A stretch of DNA of 64,000 bases from an uncultured Candidatus Saccharibacteria bacterium. Lineage in GTDB: Bacteria; Patescibacteriota; Doudnabacteria; UBA920. The position numbers and the translations under genes are program-made. This document shows, in pieces, positions 1-9,963 of the stretch; positions within the stretch are counted from its first letter, which is position 1, and every line of letters begins with the position of its first letter. The stretch is taken from positions 5,094-69,093 of the forward strand of contig CAZGEB010000002.1 in assembly GCA_964524915.1 (NCBI GenBank), read 5' to 3'. The notes under the pieces are model-generated. The model was not told where the DNA came from, did not search any database, and saw only the letters and a list, made by a program, of their open reading frames with translations.

Positions 1-650
1 AAACCTGGAGACAAAATCATGAGAAATTTAAAAAAATATTTCTCACACTTGGACTTTTATTTGGAAGCTTAGGCCTACTCTTTTCAATGTCCCGGGCCGG
101 CTACTTAGCACTGACTGTAGCAGCCAGTATTTTTCTATTTCAAAAGTTATCCAAACTGCAATTAGTTTGTACTTTTATAATCGGAGTTGTGGCAATCATC
201 GGGCTAGTGAATTTTTTGCCAATTGTGAAATACAGGCTTACTCACGCGGCTTTCAAAGACAACGCTAGTAGCGCGAGACTAGAGCTTTGGAAAGGCGGAG
301 TAAACCTGCTCAAGCAAAATCCAGTTTTCGGCGTTGGCCTAGGAGGGTTTTCACGAGAATATGCAAAGCTAAACATTGACCCAATTTACGGCACGCACAC
401 CTCTCCTCATAATATTTTTCTACATTTTTGGCTAGAAACTGGACTGCTTGGGCTTTTATCCATCTCTTCAATCTTTATTTTCTTGATCTGGCAAGGTTTT
501 TTCCAAAAATCTGTAACTCTTAACCAAAAAGCCTTGGGTTTATTTGTGATGGCAATCATCATACATGGCCTTTTTGATATCGCCTACTTCAAAAATGACC
601 TCGCTCTTACCTTTTGGCTCATATTGGCGACATTTGGGCAAAATGAATAA
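1..650 (+). CDS. O-antigen ligase (Wzy_C) family membrane protein, C-terminal portion; reading frame is open to the window start
   Basis: Frame 3 has no stop from base 3 to 650. Motifs RLELWKGG..NPVFGVGLGGF and HNIFLHFWLETGLLGL match the Wzy_C/O-antigen ligase family. Multi-pass hydrophobic. Confidence 0.6.
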   Translation, partial: TWRQNHEKFKKIFLTLGLLFGSLGLLFSMSRAGYLALTVAASIFLFQKLSKLQLVCTFIIGVVAIIGLVNFLPIVKYRLTHAAFKDNASSARLELWKGGVNLLKQNPVFGVGLGGFSREYAKLNIDPIYGTHTSPHNIFLHFWLETGLLGLLSISSIFIFLIWQGFFQKSVTLNQKALGLFVMAIIIHGLFDIAYFKNDLALTFWLILATFGQNE

Positions 651-671
651 TTCCTTTATACTATATAGGCG

Positions 672-2090
672 ATGGAATCATATAATCAAAAAAATCATAT
701 AATAGGCCCAAAAATCCAAACAGTATCCATAAATACGGATCATTTGCCGCAAAAAAATCCTGGCAAGAAAAGTCGCTGGAAAAAAATCGGTGTTGCGCTG
801 ACACTGTTTTTGGTTGTCGTCCTTTTGGGTGCTGGCGCGGCAATCGCCTATTTTTCCGAAGCCACTAAGTCTATTTTCAAAAACCAACCCTCACAAAATA
901 TCATCAGTCAAGTTGGTGGACTATTTCAAGCTAAACTTCAAGGTGAAAACGAAGGGCAGATAAATGTACTTCTTTTGGGAATAGGCGGAGAAAATCACGA
1001 TGGCGGATATTTGTCTGACTCCATAGTTTTAGCACAGATACATACAGATAGTAAACAAGTTGTCCTCACCTCCATACCCAGAGATTTAGTGATCAATATA
1101 CCTAGACTGCAAGGTAGAAAGATCAATGCAGCCCTAGCAGAAGGATATTTGAAAAACCACAATTGGCAAGAAGGAATTTCACTCGCCACCCAATCAGTAG
1201 AAAGCGTAACGGGTCTTCAAATACCATATACTGGCATCATAGACTTCCAAGGATTTACCAAAATTATCAACCAGTTAGGTGGAGTAGACGTACAAATTGT
1301 GAGCACCTTCACAGACAACCAATACCCAGACGGCAAAGATGGATATATCGCACCAGTCACATTTAAAGCTGGTCCAGAGCACATGACCGGAGAACGCGCG
1401 CTAATCTTTGCCCGTTCTAGACATGCAGGTGGAAGTGAGGGTTCGGATTTCGCCAGAAGTAAAAGACAGCAGCTAGTAATAGAGGCGGTAAAGAAAAAAG
1501 TACTTTCTGGGGCCATCATTACCAAAATATCTAATCTCAATCAAATTCTACAGACCACGGCCGAACATATACACACCAACCTCAATCAAGATGAACTGTG
1601 GCGAATGTTCACTCTAACAAAAGGTATGGATATAGTGGCCATGTCGCTTACTCCAGACACTGGGCTCATTTGCCCGAAAATCCAGGAAGCTACAGGAGCA
1701 TATATTTTGGATCTCTGCCCAGGCAAGACTGAAGATGATTTAAGTGCGTTTTTTAAAAACACTAAATACACAGCCAAAGCCAACCAAGAAACAAGTCGAA
1801 TCCTTTTGGCAGCCAAAAACGCCTTCAATACCAAAGCCTCAGAAATCAGCCGTGAAATGGAAAATTCTGGAGCAGTTGTAACTAGACTAAATTACGACGA
1901 AATTCAACCAGAAGAAAATATTTTTTATCAACTAAACTCAAAGCCAGAAACAGTCAATTATTTAAAACACGTCTTTGGAGCCACCGAGGTAGTATTACCA
2001 CCTCCGAGCATTAAGATAGATAGAGAAAAATACGATATTATAATTGTACTAGGGAATCAAAATTCTAGTGCGGAAAACATGGAATTTTAA
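672..2090 (+). CDS. LytR-CpsA-Psr (LCP) family cell-envelope phosphotransferase
   Basis: N-terminal TM anchor followed by VLLLGIGGENHDGGYLSDSIVLAQIHTDSKQVVLTSIPRDL, the typical LCP core. Confidence 0.8.
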   Translation: MESYNQKNHIIGPKIQTVSINTDHLPQKNPGKKSRWKKIGVALTLFLVVVLLGAGAAIAYFSEATKSIFKNQPSQNIISQVGGLFQAKLQGENEGQINVLLLGIGGENHDGGYLSDSIVLAQIHTDSKQVVLTSIPRDLVINIPRLQGRKINAALAEGYLKNHNWQEGISLATQSVESVTGLQIPYTGIIDFQGFTKIINQLGGVDVQIVSTFTDNQYPDGKDGYIAPVTFKAGPEHMTGERALIFARSRHAGGSEGSDFARSKRQQLVIEAVKKKVLSGAIITKISNLNQILQTTAEHIHTNLNQDELWRMFTLTKGMDIVAMSLTPDTGLICPKIQEATGAYILDLCPGKTEDDLSAFFKNTKYTAKANQETSRILLAAKNAFNTKASEISREMENSGAVVTRLNYDEIQPEENIFYQLNSKPETVNYLKHVFGATEVVLPPPSIKIDREKYDIIIVLGNQNSSAENMEF

Positions 2091-3447
2091 AATTCCGAAT
2101 ATTTTTATGACACCCATAGTTGCCATAGTAGGACCAATCAATGCTGGAAAATCAACACTTTTTAATCGTCTGGCCGGACAACGTCTAGCTGTCACCTCAG
2201 AGGTGGCTGGAACCACCCGCGACAGACAATACGCGGAAATAGAATGGAACAACAAAGCCTTTCTCTTGGTAGACACGGCCGGGCTTTCTTTTGATGCCAA
2301 TGAAAATGAGATTTTGGAAAAAAATGTTTTGAAACAAATCAAAACTGCCCAGCAAGAAGCAGATATTTTGATTTTCTTGGTAGACGGAAAAGAAACCCCA
2401 GAAAGTTTAGATAGAAAAGTCCTCTTAGAATTTCGCAAAAGCAAAAAGCCAGTAATACTCGCCGTCAACAAATTAGATTCTCCAAAAAAACAGCTGGAAG
2501 CGTCCATTACTTTTGCCAAACTGGGTATCAAAACTATCATTCCCATTTCCTCTACCACAGGTGGCGGCACGGGTGACTTACTTGACGCCATCGCCGCCAT
2601 ATTACCATCTGCATCCCAAGCTACAAGCCAACAGCTACAAGCTACAAGCTCAATCTCTATCGCCATTGTCGGCAAGCCAAATGTGGGCAAAAGTAGTCTC
2701 TTTAACAAAATTATCAAAAGCGAAAGGATGGTAGTCTCACCAGTTCCAGGCACTACCAGAACTGCCATAGACAGCCAAATAGATATAGACGGCAGAGAAT
2801 TTACCTTTATAGATACAGCTGGGCTAAAAAGAAAAGCCAATAAACAAATAGAGCCGGAAATTTTTTCCTCTTACCAAGTTTATAAATCCATCCGCAGAAG
2901 TGATGTGTGTTTTTTGGTGATAGACATAAGCGAAACCATCACCCACCAAGATTTGGCAATCGCAGAAATCATCACTGAACAACAAAAAGGCTGCGTGATC
3001 ATAGCCAACAAGATTGACATTGTAGGAATCAAAGCCACAAAGCAAGAAGCAGACAAAACTCAGGCGCTACTTTCTGCCAAGTTTCCATTCCTCTGGATGT
3101 GCCCACTCTTTTTGGTTTCAGCCAAAACTGGCACAGGAGTCAAAGACGCCATCAAAGCTGCGGAAAGAATCTACACTTCTCGCCATAAAACCATCACCCA
3201 AGAAAGACTAGACGCCTTCTTGGCCAATAGGATGAAAGAAAATCCACCAAAAAGATTGAAAGATCAAAAAGAGCCCAAAGTTTTTGGACTCAAACAAATC
3301 AGTACAGACCCTCCTGCCTTTGCTATTACGGTCAACCAGCCCTCTGCTATTTCTAAACAATTTCAAAATGCATTGCGTAATGCTATTATAAAAGAGTTAG
3401 ATTTCTGGGGCACACCCATCAAAGTGCTGATGAAGAAGAAAATTTAG
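2068..3447 (+). CDS. der: ribosome-associated GTPase EngA/Der (tandem GTPase domains + KH-like C-terminus)
   Basis: Two G-domains: GPINAGKSTLFN..DTAGL and GKPNVGKSSLFN..DTAGL. The start may instead be at 2107 (MTPIVAIVG). Confidence 0.9.
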   Translation: MRKTWNFKIPNIFMTPIVAIVGPINAGKSTLFNRLAGQRLAVTSEVAGTTRDRQYAEIEWNNKAFLLVDTAGLSFDANENEILEKNVLKQIKTAQQEADILIFLVDGKETPESLDRKVLLEFRKSKKPVILAVNKLDSPKKQLEASITFAKLGIKTIIPISSTTGGGTGDLLDAIAAILPSASQATSQQLQATSSISIAIVGKPNVGKSSLFNKIIKSERMVVSPVPGTTRTAIDSQIDIDGREFTFIDTAGLKRKANKQIEPEIFSSYQVYKSIRRSDVCFLVIDISETITHQDLAIAEIITEQQKGCVIIANKIDIVGIKATKQEADKTQALLSAKFPFLWMCPLFLVSAKTGTGVKDAIKAAERIYTSRHKTITQERLDAFLANRMKENPPKRLKDQKEPKVFGLKQISTDPPAFAITVNQPSAISKQFQNALRNAIIKELDFWGTPIKVLMKKKI

Positions 3448-3683
3448 TAGCCACCAAGGGGCGCTGATTCAGCCCGCTCATTACGGAACCGTCGAACAGC
3501 ACAATCATTTGTCGCCTCACAAACTTCCCTAGTCTTGCTGCAATATTTGCAAACCCCCTTTTCAGTATATTGAACTTCCACCTTAGTGCCAAAATTGGCT
3601 GACACTTTTGCCGCTCTTGCAAATTCCCTATCCCAAAAATTACCATAATGCTCTTCCGTTCCCAAACCTAAAACTTCCAACAT
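3444..3683 (-). CDS. hypothetical small Cys-rich protein
   Basis: 79-aa ORF in the 286-bp der-pth gap containing CKYCSKTREVCEATNDC. No recognisable family. Confidence 0.25.
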   Translation of the reverse strand: MLEVLGLGTEEHYGNFWDREFARAAKVSANFGTKVEVQYTEKGVCKYCSKTREVCEATNDCAVRRFRNERAESAPLGGY

Positions 3684-3733
3684 AGATATATTAAAATTAA
3701 ATTTATAAAATCTACTGTCTATTAACTAATATT

Positions 3734-4315
3734 ATGCACCTAATCGTTGGACTTGGCAACCCAGGCAAAAAATACGAAAATACCAGACACAATGCTGGCT
3801 TTTTGGCTGTGGATCATTTTATGGAAGGCAGAGAAAAAATCTCTTGCCAACACAAATTCCAAGGAGAGCTGTGTGAGCTGCAATTTATAGCCAAAGAAAT
3901 TCAAGGACAAAATATCAAGGTCTTATTCTTGAAGCCCCAAACCTACATGAACAATTCAGGCGTTGCAGTAGCTGAAGCTGTAAGATTTTACAAGATTGAT
4001 ATTGAAAAAGAATTGCTAATAATTCACGATGAACTAGATTTGAAGTTTGGATATATCAAACCCGCTTTTGACAGTGGCCCTGCAGGCCACAACGGCATTA
4101 AATCTATTATTGAAAATTTGGGCACACAAAAATTCCACCGCCTGAGAATTGGGGTGGAGTCCAGACTTTCTAGAAACGAAAGACCAACCGAAGATTACGT
4201 TTTGGAAAACTTTAATGCAACTGAAATAGAAAACCTCAAAAATTCTGTATTCCCAAAAACAGATGAGTATATAGCAAGATTTTTACTAAATACTGGCACT
4301 AAAAGTGTTCAGTAG
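3734..4315 (+). CDS. pth: peptidyl-tRNA hydrolase
   Basis: MHLIVGLGNPGKKYENTRHNAGF is the canonical Pth N-terminus. Confidence 0.9.
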   Translation: MHLIVGLGNPGKKYENTRHNAGFLAVDHFMEGREKISCQHKFQGELCELQFIAKEIQGQNIKVLFLKPQTYMNNSGVAVAEAVRFYKIDIEKELLIIHDELDLKFGYIKPAFDSGPAGHNGIKSIIENLGTQKFHRLRIGVESRLSRNERPTEDYVLENFNATEIENLKNSVFPKTDEYIARFLLNTGTKSVQ

Positions 4316-4535
4316 GTTGGCTATCAAGGATTAAAGATTAAGGATCAAGGATAACCACTCTGTGGTCTTAGTCCCACTTGCAAGCGGAAGTCTCACACAA
4401 CAAAAGCTATGCAAAACTTCCCTTGCCTGAAATCCACTTGTGCTAGGAGGGATGCTCAAGCTGGATCTCAACTTGCAAGCAGGACCAAAACCGCAATTCA
4501 TTTGCAATATACTTTAAAATCTTTCATCTTGTCAA

Positions 4536-5645
4536 ATGCCTACCAATTTTGACCAAGAAAGTCTATACAGACACTGCTTTAATTTAGTCCCAAATATAGG
4601 GCAACGTAGGCTCTCCAAAATCCTACAGTATTTTGAGAGCGCAAGACAAGCTTGGATGGCAAAAAATTCTGAATGGGAAAATATTGACTTAGAAAAAACT
4701 ATCATAGAAAATATTTTTGCCTATAAAACAAAAATAAATCCCGCAGAGGAGCAAAATAAATTAAAGCAGCTGCAAATAAACCTTCTAATCCCAGAAGATC
4801 CGAGGTTTTTCACAGCACTTAAAGAAATACACGATCCTCCGCAACTCCTCTATTATAGAGGACACCTTCCAGAGCCAGACAGTCTTATGGTCGCGGTGGT
4901 TGGTACGAGAATGATTACTGGATATGGAAGAGTAACCACTCCGATCATCACAAAGTCTTTGGCTAGTGGCGGCGCGGTGATTGTCTCTGGACTGGCGTAT
5001 GGAGTAGACGCAGAAGCCCACAAAGCTGCCATAGAGGCCAAAGGAATCACACTGGCAGTGCTGGGGTGCGGCATAGACGACGCCACTATATATCCAAAAG
5101 ACCATCTACTTTTAGCCACTCAAATTTTAGAAAACCGAGGCTGCATAATTAGCGAACACCCACCCAAAACCCCAGGACTCAAACAAAACTTCATCATGAG
5201 GGACAGAATTATGTCTGGGCTATGCCAGGCCATCGTAGTGGTAGAGTGCGACCTAAAAAGTGGATCGCTAATCACCGCCAAATTCGCAGTTGAACAAAAC
5301 CGCCTCCTTTTTGCTGTACCGGGAAATATAACCTCTAAAATGTCAGAAGGTCCCAACAGACTCATTCAACAAGGAGCACGGCCCATCCTAGAAGGACGCG
5401 AGGTATTTAGTGAATTAAATATCACACCCACCGCCTCCAATTCTGCCGAAATTTTTCAAATACCAAAATTGAATACCCAAGAAACTATCATTTTTGGATT
5501 TTTATCCAATACTCCCAAATACCCAGACCAGCTAGTGGCTGAAAGTGGTTTGTCCGCAAGTCAAGTTACCGCCACACTTGGGATGCTAGAATTAAAAGGT
5601 GTCATCAAAAACTTGGGCGGTAATCAATACGTAAGAAATGTCTAA
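4536..5645 (+). CDS. dprA: DNA-processing protein DprA (Smf)
   Basis: VAVVGTRMITGYGRVTTPIITKSLASGGAVIVSGLAYGVDAEAHKAA is the Rossmann-like DprA core. Confidence 0.85.
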   Translation: MPTNFDQESLYRHCFNLVPNIGQRRLSKILQYFESARQAWMAKNSEWENIDLEKTIIENIFAYKTKINPAEEQNKLKQLQINLLIPEDPRFFTALKEIHDPPQLLYYRGHLPEPDSLMVAVVGTRMITGYGRVTTPIITKSLASGGAVIVSGLAYGVDAEAHKAAIEAKGITLAVLGCGIDDATIYPKDHLLLATQILENRGCIISEHPPKTPGLKQNFIMRDRIMSGLCQAIVVVECDLKSGSLITAKFAVEQNRLLFAVPGNITSKMSEGPNRLIQQGARPILEGREVFSELNITPTASNSAEIFQIPKLNTQETIIFGFLSNTPKYPDQLVAESGLSASQVTATLGMLELKGVIKNLGGNQYVRNV

Positions 5646-6903
5646 TATCAAATTTCTAATTTCTAAAAAACACGCAGCGCTGGCGATAATTATGGCCACT
5701 TGCATCATTATCACAATGGTCGGCTTTTATTTATTTCAAAATAATAAATCTCCTCTCCCCACCTCCAATGCCTCAATAGACACCCTTGAAGATGCGTGGG
5801 CCGTAGCCGCACAAAATATTAAAGATACAAACCAAACAACTGAAGTGACCTTCTTGGCAGTTGGAGATATTTCCCTTTCTCGTAATATCGCCTACACTAT
5901 CCAAAAAAATGGCAACGACCCAGACTACCCGTTTCGTAACATCTCTGCACTCCTCAAATCCACTGATTTTAATTTTGGTAATCTAGAAACTCCTTTTTCA
6001 TCTAGCGATAGGTTTACCCCAAGCAATACTCTAGTATTTAATGCGCCAAAGCTTAATGTCAAAGGCTTGGTAGATAACAATTTTAAAATTCTCAACCTAG
6101 CCAACAACCACTCTTTTGACCAAGGCATGGACGGCATCCGTACTACACAAAAAGTTCTCAAGGAAAACGACATTCAGTTTATGGGCACAGGAGAAAGCCT
6201 GGATGAATCATGGCAGCCTGCAATCATAGAAAAAAATGGAATCAAAATTGGCTTTATCGGCGCATCCTATGCTTCTATAAATGATGGCGGAAAATCTACA
6301 AACAACTTCGTCTCACGTATAGAAGACATTTCCCATCTTCAACTCGCAATTCGTAATACTAAACTCGTAGCAGATTTTCTAGTAGTTACCATGCACGCAG
6401 GCACAGAATACACCACCAAACCAAATCAATCTCAAATAGATTTTGCGCATGCAGCAATTGATGCTGGTGCAGACATGGTCATTGGCGCTCATCCCCACTG
6501 GGTACAAGAAAAAGAAATATATTGCCCGAAATCAGTTTCCTCCCCTGTCCAAGGGGAGGCTAGGTGGGGTGAAAATTCTGCGCAACTCGCAAATTCAAAT
6601 GAATTCACAGAACCTAAACAAACAAATTGTAAACCCATTTATTATTCTCTAGGTAATTTTATTTTTGATCAATCTTGGAGTAAGGAAACCACAGAGGGTT
6701 TGGCTTTAAAGATTACATTAAACAAAACTGTTTCTTCTCTATCCCCTAGTGAGGGGAAAGATGGCTTGCCCGCCAGTGAAAGGCTCTGGCAGGCAGGAGA
6801 TGGGTTGTATGAAAATAATTCACCCACCACTATAAAATCCTTAGAAGAAATTCCTATAAAAATAGAAAACAACTGCTGCGCAGTTGTCTCAAAAAAAGAA
6901 TAA
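5638..6903 (+). CDS. CapA/PgsA-family metallophosphatase (poly-gamma-glutamate capsule synthesis-like)
   Basis: LAVGDISLSR..NFGNLETP..VVTMHAGTEYT..GADMVIGAHPHWVQ. The C-terminal part carries two GC-rich palindromic in-frame insertions. Confidence 0.75.
   Translation: MSNIKFLISKKHAALAIIMATCIIITMVGFYLFQNNKSPLPTSNASIDTLEDAWAVAAQNIKDTNQTTEVTFLAVGDISLSRNIAYTIQKNGNDPDYPFRNISALLKSTDFNFGNLETPFSSSDRFTPSNTLVFNAPKLNVKGLVDNNFKILNLANNHSFDQGMDGIRTTQKVLKENDIQFMGTGESLDESWQPAIIEKNGIKIGFIGASYASINDGGKSTNNFVSRIEDISHLQLAIRNTKLVADFLVVTMHAGTEYTTKPNQSQIDFAHAAIDAGADMVIGAHPHWVQEKEIYCPKSVSSPVQGEARWGENSAQLANSNEFTEPKQTNCKPIYYSLGNFIFDQSWSKETTEGLALKITLNKTVSSLSPSEGKDGLPASERLWQAGDGLYENNSPTTIKSLEEIPIKIENNCCAVVSKKE
6529..6580. 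repeat. GC-rich palindromic element (cctcccc-tgtccaa-ggggagg) in frame inside capA-like CDS
   Basis: Inverted repeat CCTCCCC/GGGGAGG in a 38% GC gene; encodes SSPVQGEARWGE. Confidence 0.5.
6741..6765. repeat. GC-rich palindromic element (tcccct-agtg-agggga) in frame inside capA-like CDS
   Basis: Perfect 6-bp inverted repeat with a 4-nt loop; encodes LSPSEGK. Confidence 0.45.
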
Positions 6904-6912
6904 AAGAGTTTA

Positions 6913-7188
6913 TTAAAACAAGCCTTCCCTTGAGTCAAACTTAAACCCAGCCTCTCTCCCTTTAACTTCACTCAAAGCTCTGTCAATATCTGCTTCTGCA
7001 TTAGGCAAATATGTCTGCCAATCACCGTCAAAAATCTTGTATATTCCGGGGTAGGCCTTTATTCTTGCCTCGATATCACTTACGGTAATAGGCTTATAGT
7101 TTCTATTGGGGTGCTTCCTTTCTGAAAGGATAAGTTGTACCGCAAACTCAACGGCTTGCTTAGGATTTGTGATTGAATTAATGTTCAT
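6913..7188 (-). CDS. hypothetical protein
   Basis: 91-aa ORF between capA and topA on the opposite strand. No recognisable motif. Confidence 0.35.
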   Translation of the reverse strand: MNINSITNPKQAVEFAVQLILSERKHPNRNYKPITVSDIEARIKAYPGIYKIFDGDWQTYLPNAEADIDRALSEVKGREAGFKFDSREGLF

Positions 7189-7203
7189 ATATGATTTTCA
7201 AAT

Positions 7204-7233
7204 TTGACAAATCTACTTAATTCCCCGTACAAT
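7204..7233 (+). promoter_or_regulatory. sigma-70-like promoter upstream of topA (TTGACA-18-TACAAT)
   Basis: TTGACA at 7204-7209 and TACAAT at 7228-7233, about 65 bp upstream of the topA ATG. Confidence 0.5.
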
Positions 7234-7300
7234 CTAGACTGTATTATAAAATAACTAGAAGATTACTGCAAATAGATAGATTTCACCATATTTTAACCCC

Positions 7301-9685
7301 ATGTCAAAACCTTTAATAATAGTAGAGTCCCCCACCAAAGCCCGAACCATCACCAAGTTCCTCGGGAGTGAATATATAGTGGAGGCAAGTGTGGGCCATA
7401 TCAGGGACCTCCCTAAATCCAAGATTTCTATTGATGTTAAAAATGATTTTACCCCCACCTACGTCATTCCACCTGCCAAAGCAGAAATAGTAGAAAAACT
7501 GAAACACCTAGCAGCAAAAGCCTCAGAAATCATTCTAGCAACCGACGCCGACCGAGAAGGTGAGGCTATTTCTTGGCATCTGATCCAAGCCCTAGGCTTG
7601 GAAAATAAGAAAACAGAAAAAAGAAATCAGAAAAATCAATTGGAGGCTGCCTCTGCTTCCGAGCTCACGCCTCACGCCTCTCCGCCAGCCGGCGGACTCA
7701 CGCCTATCAAGAGAATTGTTTTTCACGAAATTACCAAATCAGCCATTGAAGAAGCCTTAAAACACCCAAGAGACTTAGATCAAAATCTGGTAGATGCCCA
7801 GCAAGCTCGCCGCGTACTAGATAGACTAGTAGGCTATGAGCTCTCACCTTTCCTCTGGAGAAAAGTACGCTACGGACTTTCTGCTGGCAGAGTCCAAAGT
7901 GTAGCTGTGAGGCTCGTCGTGGAAAGAGAAAGAGAAATTCAAAAATTTAAAACAGATGAATACTGGAGTATCAAAGCCCTAGCAGAAAACCAAGCAAAAT
8001 TCACTTTCGAAACCAGACTACACAAAGTAGCCGAAAAAAACCTGGGCAAATTAGATATTACAAATCAAGCTCAAGCAGAAAAGTATGTAGGAGAAATGCA
8101 AAAAGCTTCTTGGGTGGTTTCTAGCGTGCAGAAAAAAGAAGCCAAGCGCAACCCTTCAGCACCTTTTACCACCTCCACCCTCCAGCAAGAAGCAGCAAGA
8201 AAACTTGGATTTAGCGCCAAACAAACCATGGCAGTTGCCCAAGGTTTGTACGAGCAAGGTTTTATCACCTACATGCGTACCGATAGTTTGAACTTGTCAG
8301 ATTCAGCGATTAAACAAGCCAAAGAGATTATAACTGGACAATTTGGAAACCAGTATACACTAGAGACGCCAAGAATATTTACAAACAAATCCAAAGGCGC
8401 ACAAGAAGCTCACGAAGCCATTCGTCCCACAGACCTATCTAAACTTCCACAACATTTAAGTGGGGACCTGGACAGAAATCAATCCAGACTCTACGACCTT
8501 ATTTGGAAAAGAACCATCGCCTGTCAAATGCAACAAGCTTTGGTAGAACAAACTACAGTAGATATAGAAGGTAAATGTACCACAGAAAATAATCCTTACA
8601 CCTTGAGAGCCAACGGACAGATCATTAAATTTGATGGATTTATCAGAGTTTATACAGAAGGCAAAGACGCAGAAGATGACACAGAAGAAGACGGTGAAAA
8701 AACTTTGCCGGACTTAAAAGAAGGAGAGACTATCAGCGTCACCGACATTACTCCCGAGCAACACTTCACCGAACCACCTCCTAGATATACTGATGCCACA
8801 CTTATCAAAGCCCTAGAATCAGCTGGCATAGGCAGACCTTCTACCTACGCCCCCACCCTCACTACCATTCAAGAGAGAGAGTATGTAGACAAAGAAGACA
8901 AAAAATATAAACCAACTGAAGTTGGAATAATCGTTAATGATCTTTTGGTAGAACATTTTCCAGAAATTGTGGACATCAATTTCACCGCTAGGATAGAAGA
9001 AGAATTTGATGAAATCGCCGAAGGCAAAACTAAGTGGGTACCGGTAATTCGGGAATTTTACGAACCCTTTAAAAAACATTTGATAGAAAAAGAAGCTGCA
9101 GTAGAAAAGCAAGTAGAAGAATCAAATGTCCCCTGCAGCCACTGCGGCAAGATGATGATCATCAAATTTGGTAGAGCAGGCAGATTCCTCGCCTGCCCAG
9201 ATCCTGAAAGCAAAATTACTCAGCCACTACCAGAGGAAGCCGCCAAGATCAAAGAGCTAGAAGAAAAAACCAAAGACGAGAGATGCCCTATTTGCGACAA
9301 GCCTATGGAGGTCAAGCGTGGCAGGTTTGGATTTTTCCTTGGCTGCACTGACTACCCCAAGTGTAAAGGCATATCAAAAATTTGGAATAAGACTGGTTTC
9401 AAGTGTCCGAACTGTTTAGAAAATGCAGACAGAAAAAATAAACCGGGCGACATCGTAGAGAAAAAAGGGCGTGGTCGCGCCAAACCTTTTTGGGCATGCA
9501 CTAGGTGGCCTGATTGTGAATTTATTATAAACGTCCATCCAGAGTCAGAGACCCAGCTCAAAGAGCTGTTTGAAGCTTGGAAAAAAGCTCCCAAAAAAGA
9601 CAAGGATGAAAAGAAGTCTCGCTATACAAAAAAGCCTACCACCAAGAAAACTGCAGCCAAAACAAAAAAGGATTCGGGCAAGTAA
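7301..9685 (+). CDS. topA: DNA topoisomerase I with C-terminal Zn-ribbon repeats and a Lys-rich tail
   Basis: Toprim N-terminus LIIVESPTKARTI, active-site GFITYMRTDS, and three C4 zinc ribbons (CSHCGKMM..C, CPICDKPM..C, CPNC..C). Confidence 0.95.
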   Translation: MSKPLIIVESPTKARTITKFLGSEYIVEASVGHIRDLPKSKISIDVKNDFTPTYVIPPAKAEIVEKLKHLAAKASEIILATDADREGEAISWHLIQALGLENKKTEKRNQKNQLEAASASELTPHASPPAGGLTPIKRIVFHEITKSAIEEALKHPRDLDQNLVDAQQARRVLDRLVGYELSPFLWRKVRYGLSAGRVQSVAVRLVVEREREIQKFKTDEYWSIKALAENQAKFTFETRLHKVAEKNLGKLDITNQAQAEKYVGEMQKASWVVSSVQKKEAKRNPSAPFTTSTLQQEAARKLGFSAKQTMAVAQGLYEQGFITYMRTDSLNLSDSAIKQAKEIITGQFGNQYTLETPRIFTNKSKGAQEAHEAIRPTDLSKLPQHLSGDLDRNQSRLYDLIWKRTIACQMQQALVEQTTVDIEGKCTTENNPYTLRANGQIIKFDGFIRVYTEGKDAEDDTEEDGEKTLPDLKEGETISVTDITPEQHFTEPPPRYTDATLIKALESAGIGRPSTYAPTLTTIQEREYVDKEDKKYKPTEVGIIVNDLLVEHFPEIVDINFTARIEEEFDEIAEGKTKWVPVIREFYEPFKKHLIEKEAAVEKQVEESNVPCSHCGKMMIIKFGRAGRFLACPDPESKITQPLPEEAAKIKELEEKTKDERCPICDKPMEVKRGRFGFFLGCTDYPKCKGISKIWNKTGFKCPNCLENADRKNKPGDIVEKKGRGRAKPFWACTRWPDCEFIINVHPESETQLKELFEAWKKAPKKDKDEKKSRYTKKPTTKKTAAKTKKDSGK
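7661..7705. repeat. in-frame insertion: hairpin CTCCGCCAGCCGGCGGACTC flanked by TCACGCC direct repeats
   Basis: tcacgcc tcacgcc [tctccgccagccggcggac] tcacgcc. The 20-bp core is identical to 38424-38443 in the pnp leader. Encodes ELTPHASPPAGGLTPIK. Confidence 0.6.
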
Positions 9686-9925
9686 ATAAGGCGCTATTTT
9701 ATATGTCACTCATTCGAGACTTCCGGGAAGCCATGGTAAATGCGAGGAAGATTATAGAAACCAAAAAAGAAATTACAATTTTAAGAAGAGAAAATTAAAT
9801 ATTAAGCCAGAAGATAAAGGCGTTAGAGCCCATCGAATTAGAAAAAATAGACGGCGTCTGGACAAGCACAAGAGAAACATCACCAAGACCAACAAAATCA
9901 TAACTAACTAGTAGCACAAATAAAC

Positions 9926-9954
9926 AACCCCTGAAACTTCAGGGGTTGTTTTGG
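9926..9954. terminator. bidirectional intrinsic terminator between topA(+) and the 9964 ORF(-)
   Basis: aacccctgaaacttcaggggtt is a perfect 8-bp G/C stem, followed by gttttgg. Confidence 0.6.
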
Positions 9955-9963
9955 TTATAAAAT

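Noticed and set aside
2049-2840. 263-aa minus-strand ORF, and similar antisense ORFs (4785-5105, 4853-5119, 8819-9112, 29452-29832, 32791-33255, 52171-52905, 62088-62671, etc.)
   Set aside because: Each is fully embedded antisense within a confidently identified conserved gene (der, dprA, topA, M16 peptidase, glyQS, ABC transporter, rnj). They have low-complexity composition and are typical spurious shadow ORFs.
9707-9905. Small basic ORF in the topA downstream spacer (KLNIKPEDKGVRAHRIRKNRRRLDKHKRNITKTNK) as a ribosomal-protein-like gene
   Set aside because: It has no start codon in that frame and no similarity to L34/L36 signatures. The alternative frame has an in-frame TAA, so this is probably a decayed remnant.
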